Shown piece after piece: positions 10,658 through 20,683 of a stretch of 64,000 nt of DNA. Within the stretch, counting starts at the first letter, position 1, and every line of letters begins with the position of its first letter. The stretch is from Patescibacteria group bacterium. GTDB taxonomy: Bacteria; Patescibacteriota; Patescibacteriia; UBA9934. The stretch covers positions 2,977 through 66,976 of the forward strand of contig JBBTSM010000010.1 of NCBI GenBank assembly GCA_038064675.1. Direction: 5' to 3'. The position numbers and the translations under genes were made by a program. The notes beneath the pieces are model-generated. The model was given only the letters and a program-made list of their open reading frames with translations, made no database searches and was not told the DNA's origin.

Positions 10658-12166
10658 TTAAGCCGTGAACGTTGAAAGGAATTTCTTCAGTTCAGATTCG
10701 AGGCTTGCCTTTACGTCGCCAGAAACGTCGCGAGCTTCTACGATCGATTTCAGCACAGAAGCGCCGATCGATTCGAAGTAGCGCAAACATTCTTCTTCAA
10801 ACTTCTGCATCGCCGTTACTGGTAGCGCGTCGAGCATGCCGTTGTTTAGTGCGAAAATCACGATGGCTTGTTTTGCGAACGACATTGGCGAGTACTGCTT
10901 CTGCTTCATAAGCTCCATTGCGCGACGACCGCGTTCAATTTGCTTCTTGGTTGCTTCATCAAGATCAGATGCGAACTGCGCGAATGCTTCAAGCTCGCGG
11001 AACTGTGCGAGGTCGACCTTCAGTGTTTTTGCAACGTTCTTCATTGCCTTCGTCTGCGCCGACGATCCAACGCGTGAAACTGACAGACCAACGTTGAGCG
11101 CTGGGCGCTGACCGCGGTAGAAAAGATCGGACTCAAGGTAAATCTGTCCGTCGGTAATCGAAATAACGTTTGTTGGAATGTATGCGGAAACGTCGCCTCC
11201 CTGTGTTTCGATGATTGGAAGCGCCGTAATCGATCCCCCACCGTGCTCTTCGTTCAAGCGAGCAGAACGCTCGAGCAAACGGGAGTGCAAATAGAAAACG
11301 TCGCCAGGATATGCCTCGCGTCCTGGTGGACGGCGGAGCAACAAGGAAATTTCGCGATATGCCCAAGCGTGTTTGCTCAAATCATCGTACACGATAAGGA
11401 CATCTTCGCCCTTTGCCATGAAATATTCAGCAATCGCACAACCTGCGTATGGAGCGAGGTACTGCATCGCGGCAGGATCAGATGCGCCAGCAAGAACAAT
11501 CGTGGTGTAGTCCATTGCGCCAGCAGCCTCGAAACGCGCCATGATCTGCGCAACCTTCGACTCCTTCTGTCCGATGGCAACATAAATACACTTCACGTTC
11601 TCGCCCTTCTGGTTGAGAATCGTATCGATAGCGATAGCGGTCTTTCCCGTCTGACGGTCGCCAATGATGAGCTCTCGCTGACCACGGCCAACTGGAATAA
11701 GCGCATCGATTGCCTTGATACCCGTGTGCATTGGAACGGAAACGGACTTACGCGTCATGACGCCTGGAGCAACCTTCTCCACTGGAGCAAGCGTCTTTGT
11801 TGAAAGTGCACCCTTGCCATCGAGCGCATTTCCCAATGGATCAAGAATACGGCCAACGGTCTCTTCGCCAACAGGGATGGAAAGAATACGACCAGTGCTT
11901 CGTGCGGTGTCGCCGGCTTTCACACCGGTTGCGTCGCCAAGAATAATGACACCGATCGTCTCTTCCTCAAGGTTGAGTGCAACACCAAAGACGCCGTTGC
12001 CGAAGTCGATCATCTCTTGGCTCATCGCGTTACCGAGGCCGGACAAGCGTGCGACGCCGTCGGACACGCTCATGACGGTTCCCACACGCTCTTCGTGCGC
12101 TTCCACTTTAAACTCGTCGATGCGTTCTCGGAGGACTGCGATGATGTCTGCTTTTTTGGTTGCCAT
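10658..12166 (-). CDS. atpA: F0F1 ATP synthase subunit alpha
   Basis: GDRQTGKT Walker A; N-terminal beta-barrel [17 protein letters not shown]. Confidence 0.97.
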   Translation of the reverse strand: MATKKADIIAVLRERIDEFKVEAHEERVGTVMSVSDGVARLSGLGNAMSQEMIDFGNGVFGVALNLEEETIGVIILGDATGVKAGDTARSTGRILSIPVGEETVGRILDPLGNALDGKGALSTKTLAPVEKVAPGVMTRKSVSVPMHTGIKAIDALIPVGRGQRELIIGDRQTGKTAIAIDTILNQKGENVKCIYVAIGQKESKVAQIMARFEAAGAMDYTTIVLAGASDPAAMQYLAPYAGCAIAEYFMAKGEDVLIVYDDLSKHAWAYREISLLLRRPPGREAYPGDVFYLHSRLLERSARLNEEHGGGSITALPIIETQGGDVSAYIPTNVISITDGQIYLESDLFYRGQRPALNVGLSVSRVGSSAQTKAMKNVAKTLKVDLAQFRELEAFAQFASDLDEATKKQIERGRRAMELMKQKQYSPMSFAKQAIVIFALNNGMLDALPVTAMQKFEEECLRYFESIGASVLKSIVEARDVSGDVKASLESELKKFLSTFTA

Positions 12167-12176
12167 AGATTTGGGT

Positions 12177-12572
12177 TCAAGATGCTGCGCTATCAAGGGA
12201 CTGTTTCAGTCGCTGAAGGATTCCTGCCACGCTTGCGTCGATTCGCCGGTCGTCGATGCGGATTACTGCACCGCCCATCAATCGTTCATCGATACGTTCC
12301 GTGATGTCTGCGCCAGGAGCATTGGCCTCGATCGCTTTTCGCATTGCTACCGTGAGCGGATGTGCAGAAACGATCGTGACGTTTGCTGCGCCAAACTTTC
12401 GCTTCCAGGCACCGTGAATTTCTCGTTCAACGTCGCGCCATTTGTGCATCATGCCCCGTGCGGCAAGCTCGCCTACAAACGCGTCGATAATTTTCACCAA
12501 CTCTGCGCGAGTGACATCGACGCATTCGTCGACGAGCACCGTGGCAAGATGGCGTGGAGTAAGCTTTGGCAT
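12177..12572 (-). CDS. atpH: F0F1 ATP synthase subunit delta (OSCP), short form
   Basis: Position between atpF and atpA. C-terminal [27 protein letters not shown] is typical of delta. Confidence 0.75.
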   Translation of the reverse strand: MPKLTPRHLATVLVDECVDVTRAELVKIIDAFVGELAARGMMHKWRDVEREIHGAWKRKFGAANVTIVSAHPLTVAMRKAIEANAPGADITERIDERLMGGAVIRIDDRRIDASVAGILQRLKQSLDSAAS

Positions 12573-12573
12573 A

Positions 12574-13125
12574 TTACGTCATCTTTCGCACAACTTCCTC
12601 AGCAAGTGATTGCGACTTCTTTTCCGTGAGGCCTTCGGTAACAATCTTTGCTGCAGCACGCACCGCGATGTCGACGACATCTTTGCGCAACGCCATTAAC
12701 GATGCTTCGCGTTCTGCCGCGAGCTGTTCTTTGCCTTTTGCGATGACACGTTCCACTTCCCGCTTCGCTGCCTCCAACATTTCGTTCTTGCGTGCATCGG
12801 TTTCTTTCATTGCACCTTCGATGATCGCTTGTGATTCCTTGTGAACCGCAACGAGCATTGCGTCGCGCTCGGCTTCAGATGCCTTCATACGCGCGGTAAT
12901 CTCTTCCACATCCTTCATGCTCTTTGCAATTGCCGCCTCACGCTTGTCGAGAATCGCAAGGATCGGCTTGTAGACAAAGCGCCACAGGACGACAAGAACC
13001 AGCAAGAAGTTGACGAGCTGCGCCGCGAATAAATCGCCGCGAATGCCGAACGTGCCAAGAACGCCAGTTGGCGCCTCAACCTGTTCGGATGCTGTTGCTG
13101 TCGTTGTTTCGTTTTCTGTTGCCAT
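12574..13125 (-). CDS. atpF: F0F1 ATP synthase subunit b
   Basis: Single N-terminal TM helix (LVNFLLVLVVLWRFVYKPIL) followed by a long charged coiled coil. Confidence 0.9.
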   Translation of the reverse strand: MATENETTTATASEQVEAPTGVLGTFGIRGDLFAAQLVNFLLVLVVLWRFVYKPILAILDKREAAIAKSMKDVEEITARMKASEAERDAMLVAVHKESQAIIEGAMKETDARKNEMLEAAKREVERVIAKGKEQLAAEREASLMALRKDVVDIAVRAAAKIVTEGLTEKKSQSLAEEVVRKMT

Positions 13126-13330
13126 AGAAGTTCATCAAATCGATCTCATGACTTGCAGAGGATTGAAGAATCAAATCCCCCGACAAGTAACGATATCTGA
13201 ATAGGACCTAAACTTTTGATTTTGGATGCAGTTTTGGTGTGCGACGAAGGCGGGAGCGTCAAGGCGTACGTAATTGTACGCCTTCGATCACGCCGAGGAA
13301 GCAAGCCAAAAATGCGCCAAAAGCGGAAGT

Positions 13331-13564
<234 letters not shown>

Positions 13565-13756
13565 TTAGGACTTTCTCATTTGAGCCTAGTTTCGACGAAG
13601 ATCGAGGAAAGCTTCTGAGGCGTACTTCTTGGTACGGTGAAGAAGTTTCCGATGATCTGAGTTGAAAATAGGCCAAAGGAGGAAGTCCTATGAATCATGA
13701 ATGAAGGTTGTTCGACGATCGAAATCGCCAAACGACATTCTCCCACGATGACGAGA

Positions 13757-14599
13757 TTATGCATGATGATCATCATGTCCGCCATGTGGTGTGGTGGCGA
13801 TGACGAGATACACCAACGTAAGCATTGCGAACACCGTGGCCTGAACAACGCCAACGAGAATCTCGAGGAACATGAAAGGAATCGGTACCACGTACGATAC
13901 CAAACCAAGCATGACGGTCATGAGAATTTCGCCCGCGAACACATTTCCGAACAATCGGAGGGAAAGTGAAAGGGTCTTTGCGAATTCACCGATGATTTCA
14001 ATGAATCCAACACCGAACTCGATGACCGCAGTAATAAATGCCATTGGGCCGTGTTTGATCGACTTGAAAATGCCTTTGACGTTCACGAACTTGCTGAAGT
14101 AGTCGATGAACCCGACGGCACGAACACCGGCAAAGTGCGAGAACAACACTGCGGTGACCGCAATGGCAAGTGTGAAGTTTAAGTCGCTTCCTGCCGAGCG
14201 AAGCAACGGAATGAGTTCAGTTTCTCCATGGACGAGTTCATAGAAACCGACGGTTCCTGTTCCTGGAAGCAATCCGAGCCAGTTGTTTGCAAGAACGACA
14301 AAGAAAATCGTTGCGATTAATGGAAAGAACTGGCGTGCAAGTTTACGTGTGCCGGCGATCTTTTCGATCTCCGTGGAAATGATTTCGACAATGGATTCAA
14401 TCACGTTGTGCACGCCGCGAGGAACCAGGCCCTGTCGACGTGTTGCAACAAACGCAACCACCACAAAAAAAACTGTCACAATCCATGCATTCACCATGGT
14501 ATTGGTGACTGGAAATGCGCCAATATGGGCGATTGGTTCCGCAGCAAGCGGAACAAGCGCGAAACTAAGGGGCGATGAGTTTTTGATACTCTTTTGCAT
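13757..14599 (-). CDS. atpB: F0F1 ATP synthase subunit a
   Basis: LSLRLFGNVFAGEILM contains the essential Arg; polytopic. Confidence 0.95.
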   Translation of the reverse strand: MQKSIKNSSPLSFALVPLAAEPIAHIGAFPVTNTMVNAWIVTVFFVVVAFVATRRQGLVPRGVHNVIESIVEIISTEIEKIAGTRKLARQFFPLIATIFFVVLANNWLGLLPGTGTVGFYELVHGETELIPLLRSAGSDLNFTLAIAVTAVLFSHFAGVRAVGFIDYFSKFVNVKGIFKSIKHGPMAFITAVIEFGVGFIEIIGEFAKTLSLSLRLFGNVFAGEILMTVMLGLVSYVVPIPFMFLEILVGVVQATVFAMLTLVYLVIATTPHGGHDDHHA

Positions 14600-14804
14600 A
14601 CTGCCGAACTTTTTTCACAAGAATGAACGCGGTGCCCAGGAATGTCAGCGTGAGCAGCACCACGAACAGGACTCGGCCCGTGCCATAGCGAGCATCCAAG
14701 AACTTTCCCGCAATCGCCGCAACGAATGCTGGCACAAGGATTGTTCCCGTAATGTCTGCCATCGCCCTCAATGCAAACCGCATCGATGACCGAAAATCGT
14801 CCAT
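14565..14804 (-). CDS. AtpZ/AtpI-like small membrane protein (putative ATP synthase protein I)
   Basis: 79-aa two-TM protein (start MDDFRSS) immediately upstream of and overlapping atpB, the usual position of atpZ/atpI. Confidence 0.4.
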   Translation of the reverse strand: MDDFRSSMRFALRAMADITGTILVPAFVAAIAGKFLDARYGTGRVLFVVLLTLTFLGTAFILVKKVRQYAKEYQKLIAP

Positions 14805-14874
14805 AAAGCGGCGTGAGTATACCGTACAAAAAGAACAATTGGAAGTTTGCTGTTGGGGAAAGAACACACAATGG

Positions 14875-15735
14875 CTAAGGTAAGCGAAAAAGTGTTCGAG
14901 CATTCGCCGATGTTACTTTCGCGACCTCCGAGAGCACGATCCCCTTTAAGTCCGCGATGGCCTGGGCAATGAGAGCGACGTTCGCCGGTTCGTTTCGCTT
15001 CCCTCTTAGGGGTACAGGGGAGAGATACGGACAGTCGGTTTCGATCATCATTTGCGCTAATGGGATCTCTTTCACCGCGGAGGCTACGGATTTTCCAAAC
15101 GTCACGATGCCGGTGATTGAGATCAAAAATCCAAGATCGGCATACTTTGCCGCGTCGTCGATCGTGCCAGTAAAACAGTGAATCACTCCCCTGCGCTCGA
15201 TTCCTCCACGCGCAATCTCCTCGACGATGAGAGAGCGCATATCGTCATGAGCGCCAGTGACATCGGCCGTTGTTCCACCGCGACAATGAATCACAACAGG
15301 CTTGTGGTGTTTGGTTGCGAACTGAAGCTGTTGACGTGCAACGTTGCGCTGATCGTTTTTAAATACTTCAATGTCCATCCCTTCTGGAATGCGGGAGTAG
15401 TCGAGACCGAACTCGCCGATCGCGACAACTTTTGGATGACGAACGAGTGATTCGTAGCGCTCGGAATCGAATTCCTTCTCTGGCGTCGGCTTACTGAGCG
15501 TCTCCTCATTCTCGTCCACGAAGTTATGGTCGTGCACGTGGCCTGGATGCAATCCAATCGTGCACCACACACCATCGTGTTGTTCGGCAAAATCGATTCC
15601 CGATGCGCTCGTCGCGAATTTTGTTCCAACCGTAATTAACGAGATCCCGTTGTCGCGAGCACGTTGCAATACTTCGGCACCATCGGCGCTAAAGGCTGGG
15701 AAATGGAGATGAGCGTGGGAGTCGATGAGTTCCAT
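14875..15735 (-). CDS. tatD: TatD-family metal-dependent hydrolase (DNase)
   Basis: MELIDSHAHLHFP, GLHPGHVHDH, AIGEFGLDY and the C-terminal ETDCPYL are TatD signatures. The upstream in-frame extension to 15990 is the repeat element, not coding. Confidence 0.9.
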   Translation of the reverse strand: MELIDSHAHLHFPAFSADGAEVLQRARDNGISLITVGTKFATSASGIDFAEQHDGVWCTIGLHPGHVHDHNFVDENEETLSKPTPEKEFDSERYESLVRHPKVVAIGEFGLDYSRIPEGMDIEVFKNDQRNVARQQLQFATKHHKPVVIHCRGGTTADVTGAHDDMRSLIVEEIARGGIERRGVIHCFTGTIDDAAKYADLGFLISITGIVTFGKSVASAVKEIPLAQMMIETDCPYLSPVPLRGKRNEPANVALIAQAIADLKGIVLSEVAKVTSANARTLFRLP

Positions 15736-15792
15736 AGTAGGAGATGAGCGATCGGGATTACCCTTGAGCGAGCGCTGCGCGCGAGCGAATTG

Positions 15793-15977
15793 AGCGAGTG
15801 AGGTGACATCGTGAGCGCTAGTGGCGAGGGTACATTCTTCCAACGAGCACGCGCCCCACAGCTGCAGTCGAACGAAGTGAGACTCTGCAGCGTAGGGGAT
15901 TCGCGCGGAGTGCAGAAGAATGTATCCAAGCCACCAGCTCACGATAGTCATTGGATCCCCGCCTGCGCGGGGATGAC
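15793..15977 (-). repeat. Copy B of the ~185-bp repeat element, inverted relative to copy A
   Basis: Reverse complement aligns to 8210..8397 at about 80% identity, including the identical 26-nt hairpin gtcatccccgcgcaggcggggatcca. Confidence 0.8.
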
Positions 15978-15999
15978 TGAAGAAGTCCACGATCTACAT

Positions 16000-16473
16000 T
16001 TACAGAAGTCCGGCGTTGCTTTCGATATCTACTGCGCGGCTGACGGCAGTTGATGAGAGGAGTGATGTTCGAACGTCTCCGATCGGAACGAGCGTGACGG
16101 CAACATAGGCGAGAACAAGAATCGCAACTGCGGATTGCAGTACGCCGAATGCGGCGCCAAGAACGTTGTTGATGAAATTCACGAATGGAATGATTGCGAT
16201 GATTTTGCGAACAAGATCAAGCGCGTCAACGATGTATTGTGCAAGACGACTTGCGATCAGCGAGAAGACGAGGAACGCGCCAATGGTAATCCACGGATGC
16301 TCGGCGAAGGTAAGGCCAAACGAGTCGTGCAACCAGCCCATTGCGTAGAACGACGCAACGACGCTTGCGATAAGCGCGAGCAAGCTTCCAAACGATCGCA
16401 CAAACCCGCTTTGCCACCCGGCGAGCGCCATGACGATAACGAAAACGAGGATGAGAATATCAACGATGCCCAT
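16000..16473 (-). CDS. cvpA: CvpA-family membrane protein
   Basis: MGIVDILILVFVIVMALAGWQSGFVRSFGSLLALIASVVAS matches the CvpA/colicin V production protein N-terminal pattern; 4 TM helices. Confidence 0.6.
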   Translation of the reverse strand: MGIVDILILVFVIVMALAGWQSGFVRSFGSLLALIASVVASFYAMGWLHDSFGLTFAEHPWITIGAFLVFSLIASRLAQYIVDALDLVRKIIAIIPFVNFINNVLGAAFGVLQSAVAILVLAYVAVTLVPIGDVRTSLLSSTAVSRAVDIESNAGLL

Positions 16474-16474
16474 A

Positions 16475-18037
16475 TTATCGATCTCTTCGAGGGAACAACG
16501 GTTCCCCAGCCACAAGAATATCACTTTCGTACCTACGAAGGATTTCCGCAGCTGTCGCTGGTATTACTGGTTCGAGTGCCGTTCCGATCCAACGGATCAT
16601 CGCAGCGAGTTCGGACAACGACTTCTTCGCAGCAGCAGGATCGACCTTCACGAGCTTAAATGGCTCCTCTGTTCCGATTTTCACATTCGCGATATCGACC
16701 ACGCGCCAGACGATGTCTACATATAATCGGAAATCGTACCGCGCGATCGCCCTTTCAAGAAGCGCATCGAATCCCGTGTCTTCTCCCACAAAGGTTTCGG
16801 CGGTAACATCTGTCTTATCGCCAAACATTCCAGCGATATCGTTCACGATTCCGGAAAATAATTCACCGATCTGCGTACGCTCTTCCGCTGTCGTTCCATG
16901 GCGCGCCTTGAAATCAACACGATCGATTCCCTCGGGGAAACTCTTTGCACACATTGCCGCAACACGGCTGACGAGGTTACCAAGGCCGTTCGCGAGTTTC
17001 GTGGCAAACAAGATTTCGAATTGCTCCTTGGAGTAATCACCATCTTGCCACGATGGCATTCCGCCAAGAAGATAAAGACGAGTCGCATCGGTTCCGTATT
17101 CTGCAACAAGATCGTACGGATTGATGACGTTGCCGATGGACTTACTCATCTTCTGTCCATCCGCAGTCACGTAGCCGTGAATGAACACCTGTTTCGACGG
17201 TTCAATGCCAACAGACATCAACATCGCTTGCCACATCGCAGTTTGCTGACGAAGGTTGTCCTTCCCCGCCACCTGCACACTTGGCCAAGCAGAATCGAAC
17301 AGCGATCCTTCCTTCGGCCAACCGAGAGTAGAGATGTAGTTTACGAGCGCGTCGAACCATACGTACATCACCTGAGTCTCATCGCCAGGTACGGAAACGC
17401 CCCATGGCATCTTCGTCTTCAATCGCGAGATACTGAAGTCGTTCAAACCACCTTCGACGAAAGTTCGAATCTCGTTCATGCGTGCCGACGGCATCACAAA
17501 ATCTGGACGATCGCGATATAGATCGAGAAGCCTTTGCTGGTACTTGGAGAATGCGAAGAAGTAGTTCTCTTCCTCGATAAGATCGAGATCGCGATTCGGA
17601 TGAATTGGACAACGTCCCTCGACGAGCTCGGAATCGGTCTTTTCCAGCTCGCAACCCACACAATACTTCACTGAGTATTGCTTCTTGTAGATATCGCCGT
17701 TTGCATTGCATCGCGTCCAAAATTCTTGCGCAGCAGCAATGTGATATTCATCCGTGGTGCGAACAAAATGCGTGTAGCTCAAATTCAATGTCGACTTCAA
17801 CCCGTCAAACTTCGCGGCGTATTCGTCGCAATACGCCTTCGGATCGATCCCAGCTTCAATCGCCTTCTGATAGATTTTCTGACCATGCTCATCGGTTCCG
17901 GTATTGAACACCACATCGAATCCTTTCGATCGATAATATCGAGCGAGCATGTCAGCCTGAACAATCTCCAACGCAAATCCAATATGCGGATCAGCGTTTA
18001 CGTACGGAAGTGTTGTAGTGATGGAATAGGTCGGCAT
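16475..18037 (-). CDS. metG: methionine--tRNA ligase
   Basis: Class I HIGH-type N-terminus (PYVNADPHIGFALE), KMSKS motif (KMSKSIGNVI), Zn-knuckle CVGCELEKTD...CPIH. Confidence 0.95.
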   Translation of the reverse strand: MPTYSITTTLPYVNADPHIGFALEIVQADMLARYYRSKGFDVVFNTGTDEHGQKIYQKAIEAGIDPKAYCDEYAAKFDGLKSTLNLSYTHFVRTTDEYHIAAAQEFWTRCNANGDIYKKQYSVKYCVGCELEKTDSELVEGRCPIHPNRDLDLIEEENYFFAFSKYQQRLLDLYRDRPDFVMPSARMNEIRTFVEGGLNDFSISRLKTKMPWGVSVPGDETQVMYVWFDALVNYISTLGWPKEGSLFDSAWPSVQVAGKDNLRQQTAMWQAMLMSVGIEPSKQVFIHGYVTADGQKMSKSIGNVINPYDLVAEYGTDATRLYLLGGMPSWQDGDYSKEQFEILFATKLANGLGNLVSRVAAMCAKSFPEGIDRVDFKARHGTTAEERTQIGELFSGIVNDIAGMFGDKTDVTAETFVGEDTGFDALLERAIARYDFRLYVDIVWRVVDIANVKIGTEEPFKLVKVDPAAAKKSLSELAAMIRWIGTALEPVIPATAAEILRRYESDILVAGEPLFPRRDR

Positions 18038-18042
18038 AGTGG

Positions 18043-18696
18043 TTATTCACGATCGACAACAATGACAAACTCCCCTCGCGTGCTCGTCTTCTCGAGATCG
18101 ATGAGAATCGATTCCGCGGTACCGCGGTATATTGTCTCATGAATCTTTGTCAGCTCGCGACAGACAATTAACTTTCGTTTTAGTCCCTTCATTGCCTCGA
18201 GCGTCTTTTCAATTCGATGCGTGGATTCGTACATCACTATCGCGTGATCAATCTCACCGAGCTCACGAAAGAACTTCTCGCGACCTTTCTTGTTCGGTGG
18301 AAAGCCGACGAAGGTGAATCGATCGAGCGCGATGCCAGCGATCGACAACGCAGCAATCGCCGCACTCGCGCCAGGAATCGGCGAAACCTTCACGCCAGCA
18401 GCAACCGCGTCGGCCACAAGGAATCCGCCAGGATCCGAAATACACGGCGTCCCAGCATCGGTAACGATCGCCATATCGATTCCCGAAACCAGCTGATCGA
18501 CGATCTTCTTCCGAGCGAGTTGGTCGGTATGTTCGTGGAACGCCATCAGCGTTGGCCTGACTTGAAGATGCGCCATCAGTTTGCTCGAGACGCGCGTGTC
18601 TTCGCACAGCACGATATCAACAGCCGCAAAAATTTCCTTTGCTCGTTCGGTAACATCGCCGAGATTCCCAATTGGTGTTGCGACGACGTACAACAT
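18043..18696 (-). CDS. rsmI: 16S rRNA (cytidine1402-2'-O)-methyltransferase RsmI (tetrapyrrole-methylase fold)
   Basis: MLYVVATPIGNLGDVTERA, DTRVSSKL, TDAGTPCISDPG; typical RsmI. Confidence 0.85.
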   Translation of the reverse strand: MLYVVATPIGNLGDVTERAKEIFAAVDIVLCEDTRVSSKLMAHLQVRPTLMAFHEHTDQLARKKIVDQLVSGIDMAIVTDAGTPCISDPGGFLVADAVAAGVKVSPIPGASAAIAALSIAGIALDRFTFVGFPPNKKGREKFFRELGEIDHAIVMYESTHRIEKTLEAMKGLKRKLIVCRELTKIHETIYRGTAESILIDLEKTSTRGEFVIVVDRE

Positions 18697-18701
18697 AGCA
18701 A

Positions 18702-19892
18702 CTATTCGTTGGTTGCGACCGCCTTCCATGTTGGATGCATTGCCGCCATACAGAACCAGAATCCGCGAACCGTTGGAAGCTCAACAAGCGCGTGCGCTTC
18801 ATCGTTATTTTTCACGCTCCAACCGTCGGCATACCACACACCACCGGTTTCATTATCGGTTAAGCGCTTCTTAGCAAAGTCAAAAGAAAACGTGTGTACG
18901 TCGCCATTGTTTGACTGTGTCTTAAATACTCGCACCGTATCCGTCTCAAAATTGTAGATAGCGATAATTGGCACGTCGCCAAGTTCTGCGGTCATCATTC
19001 CGGTTCCGGAAAGTGCGAGCGCAGAGAATGCTGAACCATTCGTTCCGTCGGTAACGCCATACGTCACCCATTTCGATGTGAAGTCTGGGCTGGTGTGGTT
19101 GATTGGAAAATAGACACCCTTGCTTGTGTCGTAATTGCCATATGGATGACGAGTGTAGTCGCGAGTAATGCCAGTGTTTGTGGAAAGCACCAAGCCAGAT
19201 GGGTACAAATTCTTCCACACCTTCCACGTCATCATCTGAGAAGGAATAACGGAAAGCGTTCGTCCGATTGCCGTACCCTGAATCGACTGACCCGTTGCTT
19301 GCAACCACAGTGATCCTGTTTCAGCATCCTTCATGACAGTATTGTTGTTGTACACCTTTCCTGTTGCTTCGAATGTATGTGTTCCGACGGAAGGAAAATT
19401 ATCAAAACTCAAATCAATATCTCGATCGTACACAACGCCCGTTCCACATAGTGGGCAGTATGTGATGGCAATATTCTTGCCATCGATCGTATCGTTCACG
19501 ACTTCGTGCCAGTTCATGATTTGTACTGGATAGAACCGGCGTGTTCCCCCGAGATCAAGATCGATGCCAAGAAGATCGTCGGCAATCACGGCGTCGGATG
19601 CAAGAACGGAATCGTATTTTGGATTCGTGAGGGCTGGAATTCCTCCTTCAACAACTCCACTGTCGTAGAGTTGATCATTCGGAACGAGCGACGCAACACC
19701 GTCGCGAGTAACCGCCGATGCGTATACACCACCATCGAGCGATGGCCATGCGGCGCCGTTTGCTTTGTTCGATTGATACGTATTGTATGCCCATGTCAGC
19801 CCAGCAATCACGACAATCGCCCCCACGAACAGCCCAAGATTTTGCTTTTGTGTTTGCGTCATAGATAGGTAGTCCTTCCCCATTTTGTCCAT
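18702..19892 (-). CDS. DUF3179-family secreted/anchored protein
   Basis: N-terminal signal anchor. WHEVVNDTIDGKNIAITYCPLCGTG matches the DUF3179 signature region. Confidence 0.55.
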   Translation of the reverse strand: MDKMGKDYLSMTQTQKQNLGLFVGAIVVIAGLTWAYNTYQSNKANGAAWPSLDGGVYASAVTRDGVASLVPNDQLYDSGVVEGGIPALTNPKYDSVLASDAVIADDLLGIDLDLGGTRRFYPVQIMNWHEVVNDTIDGKNIAITYCPLCGTGVVYDRDIDLSFDNFPSVGTHTFEATGKVYNNNTVMKDAETGSLWLQATGQSIQGTAIGRTLSVIPSQMMTWKVWKNLYPSGLVLSTNTGITRDYTRHPYGNYDTSKGVYFPINHTSPDFTSKWVTYGVTDGTNGSAFSALALSGTGMMTAELGDVPIIAIYNFETDTVRVFKTQSNNGDVHTFSFDFAKKRLTDNETGGVWYADGWSVKNNDEAHALVELPTVRGFWFCMAAMHPTWKAVATNE

Positions 19893-20105
19893 TTTCGACT
19901 CACGTCATCAAAAATTTCCTCAATGTACCATGAAGTACACCTCGGAAATTTTTTCGACGTTCATCGAAACTGGTCTAAAATGAGAAAGTCCTCATAGGCA
20001 GAAGTGTAGCGGATAACCAGTTGATTGTAAAAGATATTCACGGTATCTTTGAGTCTGATCAGGCCACGAAATGTAAAAAAATTTATCTTCAAGTGTCGTA
20101 AAACT

Positions 20106-20630
20106 ATGATCGCTATTAACAAGCCAGCACCAAGCTTTGAAAACATTACGTCGTACACCGAGGGAGAGTTCACCAAAACCAGTTTGAGCACCTACAAAGG
20201 TGGTTGGGTGGTGCTGTTCTTCTACCCTCGCGACTTCACGTTCATCTGCCCTACTGAAATTAAAGGTTTCCAAAAGCACGAAGCAGACTTTGCTGCACTC
20301 AACGCAAAAGTCGTCGGCGCATCCACCGACAGTGAATGGAGTCACAAAGCATGGTTTGAACGCGATCTTCCAGAAGTGGCCTACCCTATTCTTGCGGACA
20401 CCACGCAAAAAGTTTCCCGCGACTACGGCGTATTAAATGAAGACGACGGCAGCAGCGATCGCGGACTCTTCATCATCGACCCAGAAGGCGTGGTGAAATT
20501 CGCACTTGTCTCCGCAGGATCGGTCGGCCGATCGGTAAAGGAAGTAATTCGTGTACTGACAGCTCTGCAGTCTGGCGAGCTTTGTCCGGTGGAATGGGAA
20601 CCTGGCGAGAAGACATTAGGAAAGGCGTAA
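20106..20630 (+). CDS. peroxiredoxin (AhpC/TSA family, typical 2-Cys)
   Basis: FFYPRDFTFICPTEI holds the peroxidatic Cys; resolving Cys in GELCPVEW near the C-terminus. Confidence 0.92.
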   Translation: MIAINKPAPSFENITSYTEGEFTKTSLSTYKGGWVVLFFYPRDFTFICPTEIKGFQKHEADFAALNAKVVGASTDSEWSHKAWFERDLPEVAYPILADTTQKVSRDYGVLNEDDGSSDRGLFIIDPEGVVKFALVSAGSVGRSVKEVIRVLTALQSGELCPVEWEPGEKTLGKA

Positions 20631-20647
20631 ATTCTTCATCAAAAACA

Positions 20648-20683
20648 GTAGGTCAGAGCCGCGTGGCTCTGACCTACTTTTGA
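20648..20683 (+). terminator. hairpin gtaggtcagagccgcgtggctctgacctac plus tttt, terminator of the prx gene
   Basis: Perfect inverted repeat followed by a T-run. Confidence 0.7.

Noticed and set aside
13126-13330. Regulatory RNA in the 200-bp gaps inside the atp operon (atpF-atpE and atpE-atpB)
   Set aside because: Only one modest hairpin (gaaggcgtacg-taatt-gtacgccttc). Such gaps are common around atpE for translational tuning, so nothing specific can be claimed.
15736-15990. In-frame N-terminal extension of tatD (ORF called from 15990) and of atpC (from 8214)
   Set aside because: The extra codons are the repeat element present in both places in opposite orientation. Conserved TatD and epsilon N-termini begin at the internal Met.
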